Of a DNA stretch of 32,726 bases, positions 1-10,408 are shown in pieces. The DNA is from Macrostomum lignano (lineage: Eukaryota). The position numbers and the translations under genes were made by a program. The DNA is taken from contig NIVC01003353.1 in the NCBI GenBank assembly GCA_002269645.1, positions 1 to 32,726 of the forward strand, given 5' to 3'. The notes under the pieces were generated by a model. That model saw nothing but the letters and a program-made list of their open reading frames with translations. It was not told the DNA's origin and searched no databases. Position 1 is the first letter of the stretch; each line of letters begins with the position of its first letter.

Positions 1-1319
1 AATAATGGATTGATGCTTATTAATAGACAGGTGTCCAACAGTGTTTATTGTTTATTGTTTTGAACTTTTTTAATTGAAATGAAATATCAAAATCATTAGT
101 ACTATTACAAAATTGATGATTTGAAGCTTTGTATAAGATAATAGGGGCCTATATTTGGCATATATTGGTATACATTAAAAATGTAATCATTTTTTCCAGG
201 GTACTTACTGACTATTCCAAACTATGAAAATGTAAATATTTTTTATTTTTATGATTGATATACTTATAAAGCATGAATGTATATTAAGAAGTCCTAATAA
301 GCCCATAGGTAAAAATACAAATAAAAGCTAATTTATATGTTTTGTATATATTTGGATTATTGCATTTATATTTATTATTAAACTATAATCATAAAGACTT
401 TATTACTTTTTTACTGAACATTCTTTATACATTGCTTTGAATGGTCTTTGTGTAAAGCTTACTAAATTTCAATTAAGCTAAAGACTAAAATTAAAGAACA
501 AATATATTGGTTTAACAAAATGAAAGCTACTTTAATTGGCTAAAGTAAATTGTTATAAAACATTAAATAAACTAGGTTATTTTATTATTTAGTGCATTTG
601 ATTCTAACTTCTATTTTAGGCATTAAAAAGAAGCAGGTAAACATGTTAAAAATACTTAAATAAGAAATGTTCAAGTTATAACTATAAAAAACTTATTAAG
701 TAATTACTCAATAAGTAAAAAAGAAACTGAGTATAATTATGTTAAGCCTAACTTTTATATATTTGCATATTTGTATGTATTCTTATTTTTAAGTTGGCTC
801 AAATATCCATAAACCCATAAAAGTCTAAAAATAACTTTGATCCTTCTAGCACTCATTTCATAACATTGTAGGCTAGACCTAACACTTAATACCCCATACT
901 TTAGGGAAGAGGCACAATATATTATATATGATAAAGGCAGGTGCTACAAGCAGAATGAATCTTAGCTTAGATCTTATATATTTCTAATTATATTTAGTGA
1001 TTTAGAACTAAGGCAACCAAATCATTTAGTTTTTAAACTGTGACTAAGGAAGTATATTACTCTAATACAAACTGGTTGATAAGACTCTTGGTAAGATGAA
1101 ATCAGTAGGGGATAATAACAATAAATTCCGTATACTAATATGATAACTACAATTATTAGTTTTTTGGCCTAATTTTAGTAAAGAATTCTTTAATTGACTC
1201 ATACAAAAAAAACAATTACAAAATAAACAAATTACAGTTAATTTTTGACTTGTTAATTTTTTTATGAGTTGCAATGGTTGAGTAGCTACTGGCTGTCTTT
1301 CTAACAAAATCAATGCACA

Positions 1320-1349
1320 ATGGATAAAAATATGCTGCTGATTGGACGG
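1320..1349 (+). CDS. Tentative first coding exon of the RUSC-like gene (MDKNMLLIGR)
   Basis: ACAATGG start context with an in-frame TAA upstream at 1302. Strong phase-0 donor CGG|GTGAGT at 1350, compatible with the phase-0 acceptor at 2704. No homology support. Confidence 0.3.
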
Positions 1350-1479
1350 GTGAGTTGCTATTGGCAAATGTTGCCATTCGAATCATAGATTTAGTGCAGG
1401 TCATTGTTTATTGAATAAATTTTCTATTGTTTGTTTATCTCTATACCTTGGACCAGCTGGGAGTGGAAAAAAGGGAATA

Positions 1480-2195
1480 GAGTGAGAAAGGAGAGGCAAG
1501 GCGAGGCGAGAGATGGGATGAGAGAAGAGATAAGATAAGATAAGACGAGAGAGAGGAGAGAGGAGAGGTAGAGAAGGAGGAGAAAAAAGGTAGAGAAGAG
1601 GGAGAGAAGAGTGGAGAGACGAGAGGTAGAGAAGAGTGGAGACAGGAGAGGTAGAGAAGAGTGGAGAGAGGAGAGGTAGAGAAGAGTGGAGAGAGGAGAG
1701 GTAGAGAAGAGGGGAGAGAGGAAAGGTAGAGAAGAGTGGAGAGACGAGAGGTAGTGGAGACGAGAGGTAGAGAAGAGTGGAGAGAGGAGAGGTAGAGAAG
1801 AGTGGAGAGAGGAGAGGTAGAGAAGAGGAGAGGTAGAGAAGAGTGGAGAGAGGAGAGGTAGAGAAGAGTGGAGAGAGGAGAGGTAGAGAAGAGTGGAGAG
1901 AGGGGAGAGGGAGAGGTAGAGAAGAGTGGAGAGAGGGGAGAGGGAGAGGTAGAGAAGAGTGGAGAGAGAGAGGTAGAGAAGAGAGGAGAGAGGAGAGGTA
2001 AGAAGAGGGGAGAGAGGAGAGGTAGAGGAGAGGTAGAGAAGAGTGGAGAGAGGAGAGGTAGAGAAGAGTGGAGAGAGGAGAGGTAGAGAAGAGGGGAGAG
2101 AGGAGAGGTAGAGAAGAGGGGAGAGAGGAGAGGTAGAGAAGAGGGGAGAGAGGAGAGGTAGAGAAGAGTGGAGAGAGGAGAGAAGAGAGAAAGAG
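1480..2195. repeat. Polypurine minisatellite, ~23-bp unit GAGAGGAGAGGTAGAGAAGAGTG
   Basis: Direct reading; roughly 25 degenerate copies, almost all A/G. Confidence 0.95.
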
Positions 2196-2703
2196 CTGAA
2201 GACACAAGCCTTGAGCGGACCGGATTGCTATTGTAAAGTTTCAGAGACCAAGGGCTAGATAGATAGGCTTTTCGGGCCGGAGTTTGCCGACCCCTGAACT
2301 ATACGATTGCATTGACTTGTTTTGGTATTATCTTTATTTAGAGTCTGTCCTGATTTAATTAGTAAATTTAAGTTACCTTAAAGCTTTCAAAGTAAGTTAT
2401 CAGTTTACGAAGTGAGTGTTTAACCACACTTTATAAATAACGTTTTGTGAATTGAACTCAGCGATTATTTGACTGATTTAACTTTAATTAGTCATGCTTA
2501 ATGATATTATTTAAAATCTCTAAAAGAGCTGTGCTTAAATTTTCATTGCAATTTCATTTAACCGATCTAGTTAGTCTAATTTGTTTAACTTGAATTAATT
2601 ATGCGAAACCAAATGATATAAAGCGCTTATCTCCCACGCTTGTGCAGCTGTGCGAGAGCGCCTACCCGGCGGTGAGCAGCGGAGCCCTGCCTCGCTCTGT
2701 TAG

Positions 2704-2785
2704 TTATCCGCACGAGATGGCCGAATCTACGGCCAGGATCTGGCTTATGATGAAGACTTCCTGCAGCCGTTCGAGCCTTTGTCCT
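2704..2785 (+). CDS. Probable exon 2 of the RUSC-like gene (LSARDGRIYGQDLAYDEDFLQPFEPLS)
   Basis: GC-rich island ending in a CCT|GTGAGT donor at 2786. This phase-1 donor joins the phase-1 acceptor at 4566 (T+AC = Tyr) and gives continuous protein-like sequence. The 5' boundary is ambiguous (2704 or 2648). Confidence 0.55.
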
Positions 2786-2794
2786 GTGAGTAGC

Positions 2795-4525
2795 AGGGAA
2801 TGAGATATGGGATTGCAGGGAAGTCAGGGAATGAGATTCAGGAAAGTTAAGCATTAAGGAATGAGATTCAGGGAAATAAAGGAATAAGATTCAGGAAAGT
2901 TAAGGATTGAGATTCAGGAAAAAGGAATGAGATTCGGGGAAATGAAGGATTGAGATTCAGGAAAGTTAAGGATTGAGATTCAGGAAAAAAGGAATGAGAT
3001 TTAGGGGGAAAGGAATGAGATTCAGGGGAAAAGAATGAGATTCGGGGAAATGATGGAATGAGATTAAGGGAGATGAACGAATGAGATTAAGGGAAATGAA
3101 GGAATGAGATTAAGGGAAATGAAGGAATGAGATTCAGGGAAATGATGGAATGAGATTAAGAGAAATGAAGGAATGAGATTCAGGGAAATGATGGAATGAG
3201 ATTAAGAGAAATGAAGGAATGAGATTCAGGGAAATGAAGGAATGAGATTCAGGGAAATGAAGAAATGAGATTCAGGGAAATGAAGGAATGAGATTAAGGG
3301 AAATGAAGGAATGAGATTCAGGGAAATGAAGGAATGAGATTGAGGGAAATGAAGAAATGAGATTCAGGGAAATGAAGGAATGAGATTAAGGGAAATGATG
3401 GAATGAGATTAAGAGAAATGAAGGAATGAGATTCAGGGAAATGAAGGAATGAGATTGAGGGAAATGAAGAAATGAGACTCAGGAAAGTTAAGGATTGAGA
3501 TTCAGGAAAGTTGAGAATTAAGGAATGAGATTCAGGGAAATGAAGGAATGAGATTCAGGAAAGTTAAGGATTAAGGAATGAGATTCAGGGAAATGAAGAA
3601 ATAAGATTCGGGGAAATGAAGGAATGAGATTCAGGAAAGTTAAGGAATGAGATTCGGGGAGATTAAGAAATAAGATTCAGGAAAGGATTGAGATTCAGAT
3701 AAGGATTGAGATTCAAACAAAGATTGAGATTCAGGAAAGTTAAGGATTAAGGAATGTGATTCAGGGAGTTTAGAGAATGAGATTCAGGGAGATTAGAGAA
3801 TGAGATTCGGGAAGTTTAGAGAATGAGATTCAGGGAGATTAGAGAATGAGATTCGGGAAGTTTAGAGAATGAGATTCAGGGAGATTAAGGAATGAGATTC
3901 AGGGAATTTAGAGAATGACATTCAGGGAGATTGAGGAATGAGATTCAGGGAATTTAGAGAATGAGATTCAGGGTAATAAAGGAATGAGATTCAGGGATAT
4001 TAAGGAATGAGATTCAGTGAGATTAAGGAATAAGATTCAGGAAAGGATTGAGATTCAGAAAAGGATTGAGATTCAGAAACGGATTGAGATTCAGAAACGG
4101 ATTGAGATTCAGAAACGGATTGAGATTCAGAAAAGGATCGAGATTCAGAAACGGATTGAGATTCAGAAACTGATTGAGATTCAGAAAAGATTCAGAAAAG
4201 GATTGAGATTCAAACAAGGATTGAGATTCAAACAAGGATTGAGATTCAGGAAAGTTAAGGATTAAGGAATGATATTCAGGGTGTTTAGAGAATGAGATTC
4301 AGGGAATTTAGAGAATGAGATTCAGGGAATTTAGAGAATGAGATTCAGGGAATTTAGAGAATGAGATTCAGGGAATTTAGAGAATGAGATTCAGGGAATT
4401 TAGAGAATGAGATTCAGGGAATTTAGAGAATGAGATACAGGGAATTTAGAGAATGAGATTCAGGGAATTTAGAGAATGAGATACAGGGAAATTGGAGAAC
4501 GAGATTCGGTAAACTCAGGAAATGA
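2795..4525. repeat. Compound minisatellite: 23-mers GGGAAATGAAGGAATGAGATTCA and GGGAATTTAGAGAATGAGATTCA, plus 18-mer CGGATTGAGATTCAGAAA
   Basis: Direct reading; all units share the core TGAGATTCA. Fills the intron between 2786 and 4565. Confidence 0.95.
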
Positions 4526-4565
4526 GTTTGAGAACGAACATCTCTTCGATTTCTCTTCATCGCAG

Positions 4566-5433
4566 ACCACTCAGGAGGGCGCGCCGTCCACTCCGGCCTG
4601 GACTCGGCCGTGTCCAACTTGGACCTGTTCGCCCAGCTGGAGCTGGCCCATCTGGACCCCGTCCGGGCCACCAGCCAGTTCTCGTCGGCCGCAGCCGCAG
4701 CAGCCGCCGCCTGTCTGGCCAATTCGTCTCTATCCGAGCAGATGTCGCGCAGCGATTCGTGTTTAGCCGCAGCGGCTGCTGCTGCCGCAGACGCCGAAGA
4801 GGCCGGAGTTGGCAACCGCTATTCGAACCGGAGGACTCCGCGAGAACGGACGCCGGCGTCGGGGGAGCCGGCGCTGGCTCTCTGTTGCTAGGCAACAGTG
4901 TAGCTGGCATGACAACTAGTGTTAGTCAATCGTCAGCTAATGTTAAACAGATATTGGGGAAAAGCGCCAGTCCTAACTATCAAGTAGTGGTTGGCATGGA
5001 CGCTTCCGTTGCTATGAGCGGCGCATCGGCCGGCAGCAATATGAACACCTGGATGGCGCTGGCCAAGTCTAACAAGCGATTCGTCAGTACCAGCGATTTG
5101 GAGGCCAGCGACGATGCCACCGCTGATGACAGTCGGCTACCGGCCGCTGCCGCCACCTCCGCTGGCTCCGGCAGGCCTCCCATGACTACTTGGTCCGCGG
5201 TTCGAACTTCGTCTATTAAAGACGTCTCCGCCGCCGCTTCCCCCGGCGTTGCCAATGGCAACAACAACGCCCCCGGGGCGCCGCCGCCGCCGCCGCCTAC
5301 TAGCGCCGGATCTGCTGGCAGCGGCGGCGACAGCGCCTGGCGCCAATTGAAATCTGCCGGCGGCGGCCATCTGGTGTCTTGGAAAGAGTTGAATAGAATT
5401 GTGCGCGATGCTAGGCCGCTGGATAGCGATCAG
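4566..5433 (+). CDS. RUSC-like gene exon 3 (low-complexity N-terminal region); apparent -1 frameshift near 4861
   Basis: Pyrimidine tract plus CAG acceptor (4564-4565). Reads HSGGRAVHSGLDSAVSNLDLFAQLELAHLDPV in the frame of ORF 4610-4891, then continues in the frame of ORF 4522-5535 to a phase-0 CAG|GTGCGA donor at 5434. Confidence 0.7.
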
Positions 5434-5537
5434 GTGCGATTCGGGATGCTTGTCAGAATTAGATATTTATTTATGGTTTCAGGATGTCTTTGTTTATTAT
5501 ATAGTAATGGAAATAAAATATTAACGATTTGCTAATT

Positions 5538-6100
5538 ATGAGGATGGGATATTTATGAAAATAGGATATTTATGAAGATGGGATATTTATGGAAAATAGG
5601 ATATTTACGAAGATGGGATATTCGTGAGGATAGGATATTTGTGAGGATGGGATATTTATGAGGATGGAAGATTTATAAAGATGGGATATTTACGAAGATG
5701 GGATATTCGTGAGGATAAGATATTTGTGAGGATGGGATATTTATGAGGATGGAAGATTTATAAAGATGGGATATTTATGAAGATGGGATATTTATGGAAA
5801 TAGGATATTTACAAAGATGGGATATTTGTGAGGATGGGATATTTATGAAAATAGGATATTTACGAAGATGGGATATTTGTGAGGATGGGATATTTATGAG
5901 GGTGGTGTATTTATGAGGATGGGATATTTCTGAGGGTGGTGTATTTATGAGGATGGGATATTTCTGAGGGTGGTGTATTTATGAGGATGGGATATTTCTG
6001 AGGGTGGGATATTTCTAAGGGTTGGATATTTCTGAAAATGGGATACATGTATTTGTGAGGATGGGATATTTCTGAGAATAGGATATTTGTGAGGATAGGA
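5538..6100. repeat. 17-bp minisatellite GAGGATGGGATATTTAT (intron 3)
   Basis: Direct reading; about 30 degenerate copies. Confidence 0.95.
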
Positions 6101-6150
6101 TCTTTTTTACAGTGGATTATTTTACTGTCTTGACATTTGCCAATTTATAG

Positions 6151-6972
6151 AAGTCCCGTCACGAGATGTCCTCCAGCACAGCTCAGCAGAACGCTGTTGC
6201 CTGGCGCAAGCAGCAGCAGCAACCCCAACAACAGCAGCAGCAACAACAGCAGCAACGGCTTCAGCAGCAATTGACACCCGAACAGCAGCAGCAGGTGCGC
6301 CAGCAGCAGCAGCAGAACAGGTACTCAGGCACCCTGCTGGAGCTATTCAAACGAGCCACCAACACGCCTGCATCCGCTTCGCCATCGGGTGCGCCGCCTG
6401 AGCCAGCGCCCCAGCAGCAGCAGCAGCCGCAGCCCGAGTCCACTCTCCGCTTCCTACACGGTGGCGGCCCGGGATTTCGCGAATTTCGTCGCCGAGCCCG
6501 AGAGCTGGTCGACCAGCAGCAGCAGTTCCCGGCGTCTGCGGCGGCGGCGGGGTCGGCAGCTCGACGAACAGCCGGCCGGCCCGTCGGAGTCGGCCGCAGC
6601 CACTCGGATCTTCAGCACGGCAGGCGGTACATCGCCGCTCAGCAGCAGCAGCAGCTGCCCAGTCTGGCTTTCCTGCGCGATTCCCTGCCGCTTGGAGATC
6701 CGTCGTCTGTCGTTGCTGCCGCCGCCGCCGCCTCAGCTTCGTCGGCGACAACAACGGCCGACGCTGCCGGCGACTCCGGCATCGGGACGGCAGTCGGTGA
6801 CGGCAGCGTCTCGGCTTCGGCGGCGTCGAATTTTGTGTGTCGAAACTGCGGCCATCCGCAGCATCAGCAGCAGCTGGCTCGGCGACTTGCCGGTGGCAAG
6901 CAGAAGCGATCGCAGTCCTTGGATACAACAGCCGCCTCTGCGGCTGCTGCTGCCGCGGCCGCCGCTGATGAG
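6151..6972 (+). CDS. RUSC-like gene exon 4 (poly-Gln/poly-Ala rich)
   Basis: TTTATAG acceptor (6149-6150), 822 nt open, phase 0-0, GAG|GTAAGT donor at 6973. An alternative in-frame AG lies 3 nt downstream. Confidence 0.85.
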
Positions 6973-7018
6973 GTAAGTAATTTAGAATATGGGAGATTTC
7001 CATATTGTTTGCGTTGTT

Positions 7019-7381
7019 TGTATGGGATATTTTGTGTAAATGGGACATTTTGTGTATATGGGATATTTTGTGTATATGGGACATTTTGTGTATATGGGAT
7101 ATTTTGTGCATATGGGATATTTTGTGTATATGGGATACACAAATACGTCTGTTGTGTATATGGAATATGTTGTGTATATGGGATATTTTGTGCATATGTG
7201 ATATTTTGTGTATATGGGATATTTTGTGTGTATGGGATATTTTTGTGTGTATGGGATATTTTGTGCATATGGGATATGTTGTGTATATGGGATATTTTGT
7301 GTATATGGGATATTTTGTGTATATGGGATATGTTGTGTATATGGGATATTTTGTGTATATGGGATATTTTGTGTATATGGG
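7019..7381. repeat. 18-bp minisatellite TATGGGATATTTTGTGTA (intron 4)
   Basis: Direct reading; about 19 copies. Source of the CIWDIL/VYGIFC/YMGYFV ORF repeats. Confidence 0.95.
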
Positions 7382-7424
7382 AAACGCGAGTTCTAATTCT
7401 ATTCCATCACTTGCCGTCTCCCAG

Positions 7425-8033
7425 GCGGAAGCGGCCGAATCCAAATCGGCCGAGCGTCTTCGACGCGCCGCTCGTCGTCGCGTTGCCCGCGCCACCGACT
7501 CGTCCAGGAAGCAGCGCGGCGGCCTCGGCGGCAGCGGCGCCAAACGGACGCTCAGCGAGCCGCACCGGCTCTGCTCCGTCAGCTCCGCCACCGCTGCTGG
7601 TGGCACCGGCACCGGTGGCACCGGCGCATCTGGAAGCGGCGTCGGCTACGATATGACGCAGAGCCTGACAGACTCGCAGGAGGAGGAGTCCTCAGCGGCG
7701 GCTGCCGCGACGCCTCATCGTTCAACCACGCCGCAGGCGGCTTCCTCGTCGGCAAGGCGCGACTACCCCGACGACTTCGGCGGCGGCGGCGGCTTCCGCG
7801 CCAAGAAGTCGGTGTCCTTCTGCGACCGGATCCAGTTCCATAGTCCGAAAGGCCAGGCCGCTGCCAGCCCGACTGCAGGCTCGGCTGCTGCCGGTCAGAT
7901 CTGGCGCGGCGGCGTCGGGTCCACGGTGGATTTAGGCGCCGCCGCCGCCGTCCTGCCGTCTGGCGACTCGCCGCACCGTCAGCAGACTCTGCTGCGCCGG
8001 CCGCTCAGTTTGCAATTGAACTACGATGTACAG
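7425..8033 (+). CDS. RUSC-like gene exon 5
   Basis: TCTCCCAG acceptor (7423-7424), 609 nt open, phase 0-0, CAG|GTAAGC donor at 8034. Confidence 0.85.
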
Positions 8034-8169
8034 GTAAGCAAATGTATTGCGCTAGTATTAAGTCATTTACGCTACATATCGGCAACAACCAGAAGCTTTG
8101 GACTTTGGGACTTTAAAACTCCCATCCTATCGCAGCAGGCTATGTTTAAGGGGCGATGGTAGCCCCTAA

Positions 8170-8488
8170 CCATTTAGTGTAGTAGCCTAGTGGTTAGAAC
8201 GTCGGAATCGCGACTGGAAGGTCGGGGGTTCGATTCTCGACCCCACTCGGAACAATTTGTGTTCTTGAGTAAGACGCTCAACTCTGAATTGTTTCAGTTC
8301 ACCCAGCTGTAAAATGGGTTCCAGCATTAGCTGGGGTAATTGAGGGTGTGTGTTGACCCTCCCCCAGTCCTTGGACTGAACAGCCGTACGCAGCCTTCAG
8401 ATGCGCTCGCAATAGCTGCGGCTGAGCTGTCGATTGTACATCTGCTTAGAGCAGGTGTAATCAATTATTATATATTACAATAAATTTT
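8170..8488 (+). mobile_element. tRNA-derived SINE with CORE-like central domain (intron 5)
   Basis: Pol III A box TAGCCTAGTGG (8183-8193), B box GTTCGATTC (8228-8236) and a partial acceptor stem. Segment ~8259-8318 (...CTTGAGTAAGACGCTCAACTCTG...CTGTAAAATGGG) resembles the CORE domain as I recall it. AT-rich tail. Flanking direct repeat GTAGCCCCTAA at 8159-8169 and 8489-8499. Confidence 0.8.
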
Positions 8489-8547
8489 GTAGCCCCTAAG
8501 TAACTAAGTAGTATATACAAATTAAATATCCGCTGTTGGCCCGGCAG

Positions 8548-9077
8548 GTCATCCCGCAGCAGGTTGGCCTCTACGGCGACAACGACAGTCCGCCGCTGGT
8601 GTTCTGCGGCTCTCCAGTCGGCTCGCCCAGGCGCACTGCGGAGTCCACCGCCGCCGCCAGCCAGCAGCAGCGGCAGTCTCGGCTGGACCGCCTCAGCCAG
8701 CTCGTGTCCGACGCTATCCGCGGCGTCAACGACCTGATCCTGGCTGCCACCGCCTCCCCGCTGGCTGCCGGCACGGCCGACGCCTCCAACCAGCAGCGGC
8801 TGTCCAGCGTGCTGTCGCAGAGCCTCTGCCCGCCGCTGCACGGCCTGCTGACCGACGAGCTGCTGTCTTCTGGCGGCAGCGGCGGCAGCGGCCCGGGCAG
8901 CCGGCTGTCCTTTGGTCGCAGCAGATCCCAGCTGTGGCAGCTGATTGAGGAGACTTGCAAGCCGAGCGGACAGCCCGCCAGCCGACGGCTCAACGAGGTG
9001 CTGCGGCAGGTCCGCTCGGTAGGCGGACTGTCTACGGAGCGGCTGAAGTTCAACGCCTTTGTAGCCGCCTGCCTCAA
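8548..9077 (+). CDS. RUSC2: RUSC-like gene exon 6: N-terminal part of the RUN domain
   Basis: CAG acceptor (8546-8547), phase-2 donor CAA|GTGAGC at 9078. LCPPLHGLLTDEL...LWQLIEET...LKFNAFVAACL matches the RUSC1/2 RUN pattern as recalled (LCP...DGL, W..VE, FNAFI..LLN). Symbol indicates family only; orthology untested. Confidence 0.9.
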
Positions 9078-9111
9078 GTGAGCTCTGGGGGAATTTGTTC
9101 TGTATTAGTGG

Positions 9112-9655
<544 letters not shown>

Positions 9656-9750
9656 CCTGCCTTCTTTCTGCTTCAGTTCCAAAGCAGTTAGATCTTCAGT
9701 AATAAGATTCCCAGCAGCTTGCTAAGCCACTCGCCCGCCCCGCCGTGCAG

Positions 9751-10338
9751 CTCCAAGCAGCTCAGCGCCTGGTTCCACCACGCCGCCAGCAGCGAGTCCA
9801 TTCTGAAGCGCTACTACAAACCGGGCGCCTTCCTGCGCAGCGCCCAGACCGTCCACTGCGAGCTGTTTGCCGATCTGTCCACCTCCCTCGAGCTGCTCAA
9901 CTCGCACTCTTTCGGCATCGAACTGGCCGTCTCGGCCTCCTCATCTGTGACCGCGGCCGGCCAGAACAATTCCCGCAGTAAGCCGGCCGGCCAGCAGCCA
10001 TTGAAGGCCCGGCACGACATCAAAACTCAGCAGCCGCCGCCGCCGCCGCCGCCGCCTCCGCAGCATCAGAGACCGGCGGCCCGGCCCCGCCGCCCCGGGT
10101 GCAGAGCCGGCTGCCCCGGCCTACCAGCTCGGCCGATTCCGCCACCGCCTCGTCAAGCGTCTCTATTGGCAGCTCGGTCTCGTCAACGGCCTCATCCACT
10201 GCTGCTGGCGTTAAAACCAAATCTGCCAGCTCTGGCGGCTCCGGCGGCGGCCTTCGGTCCACCCTGTCTGGCCTGATGAGGCGCCCGGGCTCGTCTTCGT
10301 CTAGCAAACAGCAGCAGCCCGGCACTGGGAAGCGCTGA
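9751..10338 (+). CDS. RUSC2: RUSC-like gene last coding exon: C-terminal RUN domain plus Pro/Ser-rich tail; apparent -1 frameshift near 10081
   Basis: GTGCAG acceptor (9749-9750). AA+C gives Asn and the join ACLN-SKQLSAWF...ILKRYYKPGAFLRSAQTVHCELFADL, parallel to recalled RUSC2 LLN-IRSLEFWF...[22 protein letters not shown]. Read as given it stops at 10276; the shifted frame ends ...GTGKR at 10338. Confidence 0.85.
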
Positions 10339-10408
10339 GTGAGGCTATTGCAGGCTCTGCTTTGTAGTTCACAGATGTTTTTGAATATGATGTGTTCGAA
10401 GTTTTCAA

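Noticed and set aside
620-636. 17-nt microexon-like signal (CTAAC...TTTTAG|...CAG|GTAAAC), and a weaker one at 200-231
   Set aside because: Splice motifs alone arise readily in AT-rich DNA; cannot be linked to a gene model.
1-1300. Possible mitochondrial insertion (AT-rich)
   Set aside because: No mitochondrial protein, rRNA or tRNA motif recognised in the frames read.
1401-2207. 254-268 aa minus-strand ORFs
   Set aside because: Translations of the polypurine array.
6347-7621. 424-aa minus-strand ORF and other antisense ORFs over the exons
   Set aside because: Shadows of GC-rich coding sequence plus the 18-bp repeat.
8176-8247. Possible tRNA gene
   Set aside because: The anticodon stem does not pair, the acceptor stem pairs 5 of 7, there is no T-run terminator, and it continues into a SINE body with a TSD.
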